NCBI GenBank assembly: GCA_051294375.1
Contig: CM119269.1
Span: forward strand, 3,792,069-3,856,068
Source of the DNA: Paraspadella gotoi
Lineage: Eukaryota > Animalia > Chaetognatha
Length of the DNA: 64,000 nt
Reading direction: 5' to 3'
In this document: one piece after another, positions 1-13,256 of the stretch
How the letters are laid out: each line of letters starts with the position of its first letter
How positions within the stretch are numbered: the first letter of the stretch is position 1
Made by a program: the position numbers and the translations under genes
Notes under the pieces: model-generated
What the model saw: only the letters and a program-made list of their open reading frames with translations
What the model was told of the DNA's origin: nothing
The model's database searches: none

Positions 1-8
1 TTATACAG

Positions 9-1276
9 GAATAATCTTTGTGCCCGCTACTGTTGCTTACTTGTTATCAATCAATGTCTTTGGTTACTTGTCTGCTTTGATGGGTCGCTGGCTTTGTTGT
101 TTACTGGGTAAGTATTAAAATAAAAAACATGAATTTAAATGTCTCGGGTTTAGTTTGACTATTATAAAACTGGATACTGGCTAGATTCTGTAAATAGCAC
201 CTCTTAATGACTAAAGTGATTTTCTAAAATAAAAATATTCTGTGTATTCTTTTCCAGAAGGCATGATTATTTAAGAAATAATGATTTTAGTTCTGAACAA
301 TGTTGTGGCTTCGGCAATGGGAATTCCGATCAAACTTCGGGCGCGGCGTTTCTTTTGTTTAACTCTAATAATCTCAACTTTTCTTCAGGAGATGTCTTGA
401 TGGGAATCTCCATAATAACTATCACTTTTCCCCGCAATATGTATGAACTAATACCTACAATGATTGGAATCGGTCTGGCCAGCGGTATGATCGAGTCATC
501 CATATTTCCTCATATGGGTGAGTGTGGATCTGATAAGTGAAAGCCGAAAAATAGTAAGACATAAAATCAGTAAAAATATAAAATATGATAAAATTGATGA
601 CCAAAGTGGATTGAAAAAGCTAAATAATAATGCTTTGAAATAACCATCATCTCCCTTGAAAAAAAATGTTACCCTTTTTTTTTTATTTTTTAAAATAAGA
701 AAAACGTAAAAAAGCTATAATTGCTATTTTATATGTTTTGCAAATCAAGTTTTTTGAATATATATTTCAATTGGTGGCTTTCTCTCATAAACTATTTTAA
801 GTTGATCTTACGTTATTTATCAAACTGACATCTTGATAATCACCGACTGACGGACAAACTCAGAAGTGTCTTTTAGGGTCTTAACAACATATTCGACTAA
901 TTAAATTTGTTGTTAAGGTTTTCTCGTCGATATACGCCACGTGGGCATCTATGGAAATGTTTACGCTCTTGGAAATTTGGCAATCTGTTTCTCCTTTGCA
1001 GTCGGTCCCCTCATTGCGGGGCCTATCATCAAAGCAGGTTGAATCGATGATTAGAATGAATCCCTGATTGATGATTAGATCAAGTCGTTGTGAGTGATAG
1101 ATTATTTGTCTTCCCATCACTGTTAATTGTCACCAGGCGGGTTCTCCATAGCCTGCTACGTCTTCGGAGGCCAAGCCATCGCAATCGCTCCTTTCCTTAT
1201 TTATCTCCGAAATCCTGAAAAACGTGAAAACGCAGAGGAGAAGAAAGGAGGCGGAAAATACCAGAGTCTGGAATGA
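9..1276 (+). CDS. VMAT: SLC18 vesicular amine transporter (VMAT-like MFS transporter), last four coding exons, copy 1; the 5' part lies upstream of the window
   Basis: Exons 9-107, 389-517, 918-1037 and 1137-1276, separated by GT..AG introns, splice in frame to GIIFVPATVAYLLSINVFGYLSALMGRWLCCLLG-DVLMGISIITITFPRNMYELIPTMIGIGLASGMIESSIFPHMG-FLVDIRHVGIYGNVYALGNLAICFSFAVGPLIAGPIIKAG-GFSIACYVFGGQAIAIAPFLIYLRNPEKRENAEEKKGGGKYQSLE*. By eye this aligns to VMAT TM8-TM12 (MGRWLC, GMVDSS, LVDLRHVSVYGSVYA, FLRSP motifs). Confidence 0.93.
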
Positions 1277-1401
1277 TGACAGAAGTGGAATCCATAGAAA
1301 TTATCAAATTATCTATTTAATGTCCTACTGTTTTGAGTTGCCTCACTTTATGACCGACTTTTCAAAATGTCGACGATCCTAGTTTCAAAAGTTTGTAAAC
1401 A

Positions 1402-1407
1402 AATAAA
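1402..1407 (+). promoter_or_regulatory. Candidate polyadenylation signal of the SLC18 gene
   Basis: AATAAA about 125 nt after the stop codon, repeated in copy 2 at ~7315. Confidence 0.35.
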
Positions 1408-4122
1408 GATAAAACGTGAAAAAATGTGATTAAAACGTGAACAAACTGAAGATTCTACAAAATTGAAATTCAAACGTTAAGCAAAACTAACTCAGATAGC
1501 CTCGACACCCCTTTTCACTCTTCTTCGTCGACGCGGCCCTCGATCGCGGAGCAGGGAAACTTGAGATCCAGATATCGAATCCTGAGACGTCGGACGTCGA
1601 GCCGTCTTCCCCCACGGCGACGCTCTCTTTCTACTTCTCTCATTCTATCTATATTACAATGTACGTATATAATGATTTAAATTTTCCGCTTTAGTGACTG
1701 CATGGATCTTATTAAATTGCGATTCATTCTTACACTTATCTAATATCTATACTACAGAGAAATTCAGGGTTTGCAATCAAGCAAAGGTTATTTTAATTTG
1801 TTTCAATTCCTGATGGCTTAGCAACCTATTTCCGAATCAATAATCTCAACGACTTCTTCCATATGCAGCTATCGATAATGTAATAGATGTTGGACTTGTC
1901 ACGCGTCCTTTTAGCATGAGATCGATCCTCAAAAAATTCATAATTCTTTGTTTAAAACTAATTGCTTTGCTTTTCTCTTCTTCTTCTCCCCTCTTGTCTC
2001 TTCCTTTCTTTTTTAGTTTTATTCTTTTTTTCTTTTTTCTCCTATTTTTTTCTCTTCTTTTCTGCTCTTCTCTTCTCGTTCCTTCGCTTCTCTCCTCTTT
2101 TCTTCTCTTCCCTTCCCTTCTCTTCTCATCTTTTCTTTCCCAATTTCTGCGCCATTGGGACCAGATTTCTTTGACCGGCGAAGAGGGGGACTCCTCCCTG
2201 GTTTGGCTTCCGGTTTTAAAGACGTTAAAATCGGGAAAGAGAGAAAAGGCCAATTCGATTTCTCGCTCTCTCCCATTTCCTCGCCTTTTTCATTCGGCTT
2301 CTTCTCTTCTATTTCATTTTCTCTTCATCTTTGTTTCATTTTTCAATCTTCGATTTACGACACTCTTTTTACATTTCCTCTTTTCTCTTTATATATATTT
2401 TTATATAGTTATTTAGTTGATCAATTTATTTTACGTTTTTTTAACATTTCTCCCTCTCTTTTCTGTTTTCTTTTTTCTTTTATCTTTTTCTCTCGCAATT
2501 CCCGTTTTTCCTCGTCTTGTATTCGTCACCTCTCTCCGGTTCTCATGCTTCTCTTTTCCTTTCGGTTTCCACTTATCCTGAGGAGAGTACTTTCCGCCTC
2601 GACCCTTACCTCCTTACTTTTCTTTTTTTTTATACCCGTTAAAAAAAAACCCCGTCCCTCCACAAAAAAATTTTTCTCTCCTCCAATCTTTTTTTTCTTT
2701 TCTCAGAGTTTCCGCCATTTTCTTCCTTTTTTCTTTTTCCTCCATTCGACCTCCGACGACCTCATCCCGAAACTCCGTCCACCCGTTTAAATAGGAGAAT
2801 GAGATGGAATGGGACGAGATGAGTCTGGAGATGGAATGGGTAGAGATGTAATGAGATGGGACAATTTAAGACGGGATGGGAAGAATTAATAAGGTTTGGA
2901 TCGATTGATTCAAAATAATAAGAGGGCTACGGATCTTTCTCCCTCATTATTCCCACCTCTGTTCCGCCCGACATTTTCAAAAATTACCCCAATACTTCCA
3001 ACTAACTCTTACCACCCCGCAGCCCCTGAATACCCCGCTGCCTCCCGCAGCAACGGCAGCTCCCGCAGCCCCTTCAGCACGGCGTCGAGTCCCTGGTACC
3101 GACTGTCTTATCCATTGTTCCCTCGTCTTGACTGAATGGGACCAGATGTCGAAGCTTTGAAAACGGAGAGGATTTCGTGGGCGGTTATCGGAGTTTTATA
3201 CCTTAATACCTTAATACCTTAATACCTCAATTCTTCTCTCTTTCTTTCTTACATTTCCTCCTTTTTTCCCTCTTTGCTGGCTTTTTATATTTCTACCCTA
3301 GTACATTGCTTTATTTCCTTTTATTTTTCTCTCGTGTCTTCTTTTTTTCTATTTTTTTTTAGTTTGCTTTTATTTATTTTTCCCACTATTTCATTTCCTT
3401 ATTTTTCACTCCTTTTTATCGAGCCATGACCGGCGAAGCCGGTTCAGGGCTCGGATATTGAATATCAGGTTCAGCTTCTTTGTGACGTCGTCGTTCGTCG
3501 TCGTCGTCGTCGTCACGCTTTTTTGTATAAAAACTACTAGCCTTTTATAGTTTTGGCTGGACTTACCATTTTTTTTAAATAAAAATTATTATTAATTACG
3601 ATGAAGTTTTATAAAAGTGTGCGATCATAGTAAGTTAAAAATTTAGATATGGCTTTTCATCTTGAAATAGCTCTGATATTTTCTTCTTACATTTGGATTT
3701 AAGTATTTTTTGTTTGAATTTCCACTTCATTTTGATTTACTGCAATATGCAAATGAGATTATAGTACTCATTATAGTATCCAAATTAGTATATAGAAATG
3801 CTTTAATCTAATTTACATATTGCAGTATATAATATTGAAGATGAAATTCAACAATTTTTTTTTAAATCTATAATAAAAATGGGAACTCAAAGGAACTTTT
3901 TAATGAGAAGCTATTTCTTAATTTTAATACAAATAATTCTTTTACAAGCTGGATTGAAATTGGAAAAATTTCCAATTGTAAACAATTTAACATATTTTTG
4001 CCTTTCTTTTATTTTTTTAAATTATATATATATATTATATTTTTTTTTTCTGCAACGAGTTATGCTCTGCAGTGACTGTACAGCGGCCTTCCAGCAGCTG
4101 TCCAGCTTTGTCTCTCTCTGTT

Positions 4123-4155
<33 letters not shown>

Positions 4156-4444
4156 GTACAATCGTTCGTTTTTTGAAAAATTCTTATTATTTCTTTCCTT
4201 CTAAAAACTTATTATCGCCATTTTTTTTCAATTACAAAATCTCAAATTTACATCCGAGATTTCGTTTTAGAAAAAGGGAAGAATAACTTATAATGCAGGC
4301 AATGTCACATGTACATCAGCTTGCTGCTATACAAATACCTGCTATATGTCCGGCAATTGCGCGGAATAATTTAATTGCATATATATTTTTCTAAAAAAAA
4401 ATACTTTTTTTTGTTTTTGTTTATTATTGTAACTTTGGACCGGT

Positions 4445-4469
4445 NNNNNNNNNNNNNNNNNNNNNNNNN
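4445..4469. other. Assembly gap (25 N); others at 29848-29872, 42261-42285 (25 N each) and 50644-50653 (10 N)
   Basis: Runs of N. Confidence 0.99.
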
Positions 4470-4958
4470 TAAATCATTTTTAAAAAATTATTTCATAAGT
4501 GGGTTAAAATTAAAAAAAACTTTATTATATATAAAAAAATATATTTTTCAGCTTAAAAATAGTTTTTTCTAATTTTTGACCAATTAATGAAGGAATTTTT
4601 AAAAAGAGTTATATTTCTTTTTATCAACTTTTATGAAGAATCCAAATCTGCAAAAAAATATTTGAAAAAACTGTTTTGAAATTTTAACATTTATTGGTTT
4701 AATACTAGTATAAATATTCCTACTGCGTAATTGTAAAATTTATTATAATTTTTTTATTACATAAATGTTCAATAGTATAATGTTGTTCGTCTACACTTTT
4801 AGAATTTTATTTAAAGTTAAAGTTAGAAATTTTACTACCGCTATACTACACATATTCTACTGTGTGTTCTTTTTCTTTCCCCCCGCTCCTGATCCCTTTC
4901 TCCTCTTCCCCTGTTCTTTCCTCAGCATCCCTGGTTCCTTGGCTTTATTATCTTCTAG

Positions 4959-7191
4959 GGTCAACCCTCACATTTGCTTTTGCCAAAAGCTACCTCTCCT
5001 CTTCATCGCCCGAGCAATCCAGGGAATTGGGTCCTCATTTACAAGTGTTGGAGGTAAGTTCTGATTTGGTCTTCTCAAATTTCAAAATTCATAAACTGTA
5101 AAAATACTGATTTCCGCTTGGGTAAGAGTTATGTGCCAATGAGTTTAGATGAAACTAACTTTTCTAGGAAATATCATGTCGCCATTTTTATTTTCGCCAT
5201 ATGTCTCGCGTTTTTCTATCGTGCTTTTCTAAACCTACATACACATTTACTACTAGGCATGGGAATGTTTGGCTGAGCACTATCCGGATGACAAGAGCGC
5301 GGCCAAGCCATGGGCATTGCGTTGGGAGGACTTGGTCTCGGCGCTGTAATGGGTCCGCCATTTGGCGGTGTCATGTATCATTTTTTGGAAAAACCACGCC
5401 TTTTTTGGTTATTGCTGGTTTTATCGTTTGGATGGTTTGATTCAGGTACTAAGAATCACTATCACTATCATCATTTAAATGTCAGTTTTAGTCAATTAAC
5501 AAACAAAAACTTTAAAAACAACTTAAAAACTGAAAAGTTAAAACTAACATTTATCAATTTTTCCCAATTTTCAATTCAGCTGGTGTTGCTGCAGCCTCGC
5601 TTGACCAAGAACGACGTCCAGGGTCCTCCAATGATCAGACTTCTCTCCGACCCCTACATCCTGCTCTGCTTGGCAGCCCTCTCTTTGGGCATCATGTGTC
5701 TAGGATTCTCGAACCGACGCTTCCCTGTACATGATTGAAGACCTGAAATCAAAGTTTGGGAGATCGGTTAGAAACAAACCGCCTCTCTTTTTTTTAATTT
5801 TTCATATTTGATACTTAGTCTTATACAATATTCATTTTAATTTAATTTTTAACATATATTCGATAAATGATGTATGGAAAAGAAATTGGGTACATTATAG
5901 TAATTAATAATAATTATTAAAAAAATAATTATACAGGAATAATCTTGTGCCCGCTACTGTTGCTTACTTGTTATCAATCAATGTCTTTGGTTACTTGTCT
6001 GCTTTGATGGGTCGCTGGCTTTGTTGTTTACTGGGTAAGTATTAAAATAAAAAACATGAATTTAAATGTCTCGGGTTTAGTTTGACTATTATAAAAACTG
6101 GATACTGGCTAGATTCTGTAAATAGCACCTCTTAATGACTAAAGTGATTTTCTAAAATAAAAATATTCTGTGTATTCTTTTCCAGAAGGCATGATTATTT
6201 AAGAAATAATGATTTTAGTTCTGAACAATGTGTGGCTTCGGCAATGGGAATTCCGATCAAACTTCGGGCGCGGCGTTTCTTTTGTTTAACTCTAATAATC
6301 TCAACTTTTCTTCAGAGATGTCTTGATGGAATCTCCATAATAACTATCACTTTTCCCCGCAATATGTATGAACTAATACCTACAATGATTGGAATCGGTC
6401 TGGCCAGCGGTATGATCGAGTCATCCATATTTCCTCATATGGGTGAGTGTGGATCTGATAAGTGAAAGCCGAAAAATAGTAAGACATAAAATCAGTAAAA
6501 ATATAAAATATGATAAAATTGATGACCAAAGTGGATTGAAAAAGCTAAATAATAATGCTTTGAAATAACCATCATCTCCTTGAAAAAAAATGTTACCCTT
6601 TTTTTTTATTTTTTAAATAAGAAAAACGTAAAAAAGCTATAATTGCTATTTTATATGTTTTGCAAATCAAGTTTTTGAATATATATTTCAATTGGTGGCT
6701 TTCTCTCATAAACTATTTTAAGTTGATCTTACGTTATTTATCAAACTGACATCTTGATAATCACCGACTGACGGACAAACTCAGAAGTGTCTTTTAGGGT
6801 CTTAACAACATATTCGACTAATTAAATTTGTTGTTAAGGTTTTCTCGTCGATATACGCCACGTGGGCATCTATGGAAATGTTTACGCTCTTGGAAATTTG
6901 GCAATCTGTTTCTCCTTTGCAGTCGGTCCCCTCATTGCGGGGCCTATCATCAAAGCAGGTTGAATCGATGATTAGAATGAATCCCTGATTGATGATTAGA
7001 TCAAGTCGTTGGAGTGATAGATTATTTGTCTTCCCATCACTGTTAATTGTCACCAGGCGGGTTCTCATAGCCTGCTACGTCTTCGGGCCAAGCCATCGCA
7101 ATCGCTCCTTTCCTTATTTATCTCCGAAATCCTGAAAAACGTGAAAACGCAGAGGAGAAGAAAGAGGCGGAAAATACCAGAGTTGGAATGA
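4959..7191 (+). CDS. VMAT: SLC18/VMAT-like transporter, copy 2, seven exons (about TM3 to C-terminus), with many 1-bp indels that are probably sequencing errors
   Basis: Exons ~4959-5053 (STLTFAFAKSY..FIARAIQGIGSSFTSVG), 5257-5445 (GMGMLAEHYPDD..RGQAMGIALGGLGLGAVMGPPFGGVMY..GKTTPFLV), 5580-5766 (LQPRL..GPPMIRLLSDPYIL..EPTLP), 5937-6034, 6316-6442, 6839-6958 and 7057-7191. All have canonical splice sites. The frameshifts in exons shared with copy 1 are small deletions absent from copy 1. Confidence 0.88.
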
Positions 7192-9312
7192 TGACAGAAG
7201 TGGAATCCATAGAAATTATCAATTATCTATTTAATGTCCTACTGTTTTGAGTTGCCTCACTTTATGACGACTTTTCAAAATGTCGACGATCCTTAGTTTC
7301 AAAAGTTTGTAAACAAATAAAGATAAAACGTGAAAAAATGTGATTAAAACGTGAACAAACTGAAGATTCTACAAATTGAAATTCAAACGTTAAGCAAAAC
7401 TAACTCAGATAGCCTCGACACCCTTTTCACTCTTCTTCGTCGACGCGGCCCTCGATCGCGGAGCAGGGAAACTTGAGATCCAGATATCGAATCCTGAGAC
7501 GTCGGACGTCGAGCCGTCTTCCCCCACGCGACGCTCTCTTTCTACTTCTCTCATTCTATCTATATTACAATGTACGTATATAATGATTTAAATTTTCCGC
7601 TTTAGTGACTGCATGGATCTTATTAAATTGGGATTCATTCTTACACTTATCTAATATCTATACTACAGAGAAATTCAGGTTTGCAATCAAGCAAAGGTTA
7701 TTTTAATTTGTTTCAATTCCTGATGGCTTAGCAACCTATTTCCGAATCAATAATCTCAACGACTTCTTCCATATGCAGCTATCGATAATGTAATAGATGT
7801 TGGACTTGTCACGCGTCCTTTTAGCATGAGATCGATCCTCAAAAAATTCATAATTCTTTGTTTAAAACTAATTGCTTTGCTTTTCTCTTCTTCTTCTCCC
7901 TCTTGTCTCTTCCTTCTTTTTTAGTTTTATTCTTTTTTTCTTTTTTCTCCTATTTTTTTCTCTTCTTTTCTGCTCTTCTCTTCTTCGTTCCTTCGCTTCT
8001 CTCCTCTTTTCTTCTCTTCCCTTCCCTTCTCTTCTCATCTTTTCTTTCCCAATTTCTGCGCCATTGGGACCAGATTTCTTTGACCGGCGAAGAGGGGACT
8101 CCTCCCTGGTTTGGCTTCCGGTTTTAAAGACGTTAAAATCGGGAAAGAGAGAAAAGGCCAATTCGATTTCTCGCTCTCTCCCATTTCCTCGCCTTTTTCA
8201 TTCAGCTTCTTCTCTTCTATTTCATTTTCTCTTCATCTTTGTTTCATTTTTCAATCTTCGATTTACGACACTCTTTTTACATTTCCTCTTTTCTCTTTAT
8301 ATATATTTTTATATAGTTATTTAGTTGATCAATTTATTTTACGGTTTTTTAACATTTCTCCCTCTCTTTTCTGTTTTCTTTTTTCTTTTATCTTTTTCTC
8401 TCGCAATTCCCGTTTTTCCTCGTCTTGTATTCGTCACCTCTCTTCGGTTCTCATGCTTCTCTTTTCCTTTCGGTTTCCACTTATCCTGAGGAGAGTACTT
8501 TCCGCCTCGACCCTTACCTCCTTACTTTTCTTTTTTTTTATACCGTTAAAAAAAAACCCCGTCCCTCCACAAAAAAATTTTTCTCTCCTCCAATCTTTTT
8601 TTTCTTTTCTCAGAGTTTCCGCCATTTTCTTCCTTTTTTCTTTTTCCTCCATTCGACCTCCGACGACCTCATCCCGAAACTCCGTCCACCCGTTTAAATA
8701 GGAGAATGAGATGGAATGGGACGAGATGAGTCTGGAGATGGAATGGGTAGAGATGTAATGAGATGGGACAATTTAAGACGGGATGGGAAGAATTAATAAG
8801 GTTTGGATCGATTGATTCAAAATAATAAGAGGGCTACGGATCTTTCTCCCTCATTATTCCCACCTCTGTTCCGCCCGACATTTTCAAAAATTACCCCAAT
8901 ACTTCCAACTAACTCTTACCACCCCAGCCCCTGAATACCCCGCTGCCTCCCGCAGCAACGGCAGCTCCCGCAGCCCTTCAGCACGGCGTCGAGTCCCTGG
9001 TACCGACTGTCTTATCCATTGTTCCCTCGTCTTGACTGAATGGGACCAGATGTCGAAGCTTTGAAAACGGAGAGGATTTCGTGGGCGGTTATCGGAGTTT
9101 TATACCTTAATACCTAATACCTTAATACCTCAATTCTTCTCTCTTTCTTTCTTACATTTCCTCCTTTTTTCCCTCTTTGCTGGCTTTTATATTTCTACCC
9201 TAGTACATTGCTTTATTTCCTTTTATTTTTCTCTCGTGTCTTCTTTTTTTCTATTTTTTTTAGTTTGCTTTTATTTATTTTTCCCACTATTTCATTTCCT
9301 TATTTTTCACTC

Positions 9313-9420
9313 CTTTTTATCGAGCCATGACCGGCGAAGCCGGTTCAGGCTCGATATTGATTCGGGTCAGCTTCTTTGTGACGTCGTCGTCGTCGTCGTC
9401 GTCGTCGTCGCGTCACGCTT
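9313..9420 (+). mobile_element. 5' end of a putative Helentron-associated (HINE/DINE-1-like) non-autonomous element; second copy at ~3413-3520
   Basis: A T-run, then the hairpin TATCGAGCC-atga-CCGGC-gaa-GCCGG-ttca-GGCTCGATA, then a (CGT)n microsatellite. This is the subTIR/IR/microsatellite layout typical of HINEs. The 3' end is not established. Confidence 0.4.
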
Positions 9421-10033
9421 TTTTGTATAAAAACTACTACGCTTTTATAGTTTTGGCTGGACTTACCATTTTTTTTAAATAAAAATTATTATTAATTACG
9501 ATGAAGTTTTATAAAAGTGTGCGATCATAGTAAGTTAAAAATTTAGATATGGCTTTCTCATCTTGAAATAGCTCTGATATTTTTTTCTTACATTTGGATT
9601 TAAGTATTTTTTGTTTGAATTTCCACTTCATTTTGATTTACTGCAATATGCAAATGAGATTATAGTACTCATTATAGTATCCAAATTAGTATATAGAAAT
9701 GCTTTAATCTAATTTACATATTGCAGTATATAATATTGAAGATGAAATTCAACAATTTTTTTTTAAATCTATAATAAAAATGGGAACTCAAAGGAACTTT
9801 TTAATGAGAAGCTATTTCTTAATTTTAATACAAATAAAAATAAAATCTTTTACAAGCTGTGATTGAAAAAAATTGGAAAAATTTCCAATTGTAAACAATT
9901 GTAACATATTTTTGCCTTTCTTTTATTTTTTTAAATTATATATATATATATATTTTTTTTCTGCAACGAGTTCATGCTCTGCAGTGACTTACAGCGGCCT
10001 TCCAGCAGCTGTCCAGCTTTGTCTCTCTCTGTT

Positions 10034-10066
<33 letters not shown>

Positions 10067-10720
10067 GTACAATCGTTCGTTTTTTGAAAAATTCTTATTA
10101 TTTCTTTCCTTCTAAAAACTTATTATCGCCATTTTTTTTCAATACAAAATCCCAAATTTACATCCGAGATTTTCGTGGATTCATTTTAAAAAAAGGAAGA
10201 ATAACTTATAATGCAGGCAATGTCACATGTACATCAGCTTGCTGCTATACAAATACCTGCTATATGTCCGGCAATTGCGCGGAATAATTTAATTGCATAT
10301 ATTTTTCTAAAAAAAAATACTTTTTTTTGTTTTTGTTTATTATTGTAACTTTGGACCGGTTGGCCCACTATTGGCAAATTATATCTAAAATAGGAGTTGA
10401 GAAGAGAGATATAGTCAAATTTAACATTACTTTTTTTTATCTGATAATTTTTACAATTTTAAATTTATAAATTTTTTTTAGTGTATATATTTAATCATTT
10501 TTATCTTTTTTTTAAAATATTAATTATTTGAGTTGGGATAAATATTTATAAATTATTAAATATGAAAATATGAAATTTGACCTCGGTCTGGTTTCTTCTT
10601 AAAAAAAAGAACAATCTAAAATTTCATTCAAGATTAAAACTTTTTTATAGAAGGAAAAGAGTTCGTCCCTATTCAGATTCGTCGAAAAACAAGTTCAGCG
10701 GCGGTCCAGCTTCTCTCTTA

Positions 10721-10751
<31 letters not shown>

Positions 10752-10959
10752 TCTTTCTCTTTTTTTTTTCTATTTATTCCGTCATTTATTCCGCGCTTTT
10801 TTCTCAATACAAAATCCCAAATTTACATCCGAGATTTTCGTGGATTTTTTTTCTAAAAATTTGGATTATTCTTTATATAAACGAGAGTAAAAACTGACCA
10901 GCCTCTCTCTCTCTCTCTCTCTCTCTCATTCATACACACATTTGTTTGTTTTATTTATG

Positions 10960-11173
10960 ATGAATGATTCATCGCGTCAATGAATGACTATCATCGCATC
11001 AATGAATGTTATCATCAAATCAATGAATGATTATCATCACATCAATGAATGACTATCATCGCATCAATCATTTGATTACCATCACATCAGTTATTTTGTT
11101 ATCATCGCATCAATTATTGGTTATCATCGCATCAATATTTGGTTATCATCGCATCAATATTTGGTTACCATCG
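10960..11173. repeat. ~22-bp minisatellite, about 10 degenerate copies (ATGAATGACTATCATCGCATCA)
   Basis: Directly visible tandem units that drift gradually in sequence along the array. Confidence 0.85.
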
Positions 11174-12708
11174 AAAGCAGGCTCGATCCTTATGCTTTTA
11201 AGATTTTTTATCTGTATTATATTTTCCTCTTATTTTTTAACCTTTTTTCGGGTCCTCCTTAATCCCCTATTCACTCTCATTCAATTTCTTCTTTAATACT
11301 CATTCTTTTTTCATTGTTCTTCCATTTTCTCTCCAATCTTCCTCACTTTCTTTGACCTTCTTCATTCAAAACTTCCTATTCTTCTTCCCCTCCTCTTTCA
11401 TTTTTTTTCTTTCACCATCTTCCACGTTTCCCCACTCCTTCCCTGCTCCTTCCGTCTCTCTCTCGCTCGCCTCTCAGTTCCCGTGACTTGGCTATGCATT
11501 CGGTTAAGCTTCTTTCCACAATTCCACAGTGACTTTCACGCCACAGCGGTCGTCACCCGGCTTCGTTCGCCGACTCCTTTGCGCCGACGTCAACTTTTTT
11601 TTTTCTTCCCTTAAAACTTTTCACTCTTTGAATATTTTTAGTCCTTTTTCTTCTCTTTTCTTTAATTTCGGTCGAGTTTTAATTCGTTTAAAATATTCGG
11701 AGAAGTGCGTTTTCTTCGCGCGAAATTTTAGAGGGGAGCTTATGACAGCATGATTTAAGAATCTTGTTTCGTAAATATTAAGTAAAAAATCTTAATAACA
11801 ATTGAGGCGTTTATTTTTACGTTTGAAACGGCTACGCGCCGTTTTATACGTGATTAGGTAACCGGATTTCCTATAATTTCAGTGATTAACTTTAATCGTT
11901 CGCGTTTAATTTTTTTTAACCCAAACTGGTTTTCCCTCCACCGAATTTCCCTCCATTTCCAATTCGTTCGACCCTAACCCGCTTTCTCGCTCGATTCCCG
12001 CCATTTAATTGCTTCCCATTGGCTTTTCTTGCTTCCGACTGATTAACTCTTATCCACCCATCCCACACACATGACTCACCCACGATCACCCGCATCCAGC
12101 CAATCCCATCTCTCGGATTTTCTCAGCAACACCGTCCCTCGATTACCTCTCGGTAAAGAAATTCAAACCTTGCCGCAGTAATTAATTAATCTTTTTTTTA
12201 ATTAATCACCCCCTACTTAGCTAAGAAACGAAGCATGTCGAGATTATAAATCGGATATTGCGTTACCGCTTAATAATTCGGTTGAAACTCTGTTTAAAAT
12301 ATTTTACGCTCTGGTAAATTTAGATTTGGATCTGCGTGGTCAAACCGGTCGGGTCACACAATGATACTTTACATTTTTCGGAGGCATCGATGGTCGGCGT
12401 TGTACAGTTGAAGCTTTGCTTAACTGTTGGATTTTAAGGGAAGGTTACCTCAGTTTCGGCGCGGGGTCGTTGGCGAACAAAATGGCGATGGAATTCGCGT
12501 TGGCGTTGGCGTCCGCCAATGAGAATCACGTGACGCCGTTTTACAGTCTTTTGTCGTGCGCCAAATTCTCTGGAGGGACGAGAACAATCGGGATGATTAA
12601 AGCCAGCGTCCGTCTTTGCGAAGAACCAAGGGCGAATTCCGGGTTCGGATTTGGAATGGCGACGGGTGAGAGATTTTGAGAGCGAGACGTCTTTGACTTT
12701 GGACGGGA

Positions 12709-12762
<54 letters not shown>

Positions 12763-13256
12763 AAAGAAAAAGAATGTCAAAAAATTGAATTCTGTATATT
12801 CAGCGTTTGCTCTTTTTATTTCGTCCCAGTATTTCGTTTTTCCCCATTGGTCGACCGCCCATGTGGTTCCATCTTCAACTGATTCCATTTTCTTTATTCT
12901 TTTTACGCTGAAATTTCGTCGATTCCAATGAATCCAATCCACATCCAAGTCGATAATCCGCTGACCTTCGACCCGGACGAAACAAGGACCGACGACGACA
13001 AAGACGACGACGACGACAACGACGAAGACAAGACGTCGGACGCGAACATGAATGTTTTTTCTTTGGAACAGGAGATTCGAGTTACGGGCACATATATAGG
13101 ACCCGCAGCCTTGAGTCGAAAAAAAAAAGATGAAACCACATGTGCGCAAAAGACTATTCTTATTTTATTATAATGCTCTTCCGTTTCCATTTAGCTTTAT
13201 CTCGTTTAGCTAACTTTTTGTCGCTATTATTGAGTTATGTATGTGTACTTGTGCAG

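Larger units (their letters stand above)
1..10360 (+). repeat. Near-identical direct duplication, 1-4444 = 5929-10360, either side of the 25-N gap at 4445-4469
   Basis: Both copies run from ttatacaggaataatc to gtaactttggaccggt. Differences are mostly 1-bp indels plus a few substitutions. Copy 1 ends exactly at the gap. Confidence 0.95.

Noticed and set aside
4959-7191. True pseudogene copy of the SLC18 gene
   Set aside because: The lesions are small indels of long-read type, while introns and flanks are nearly identical to copy 1. Sequencing error is the simpler explanation.
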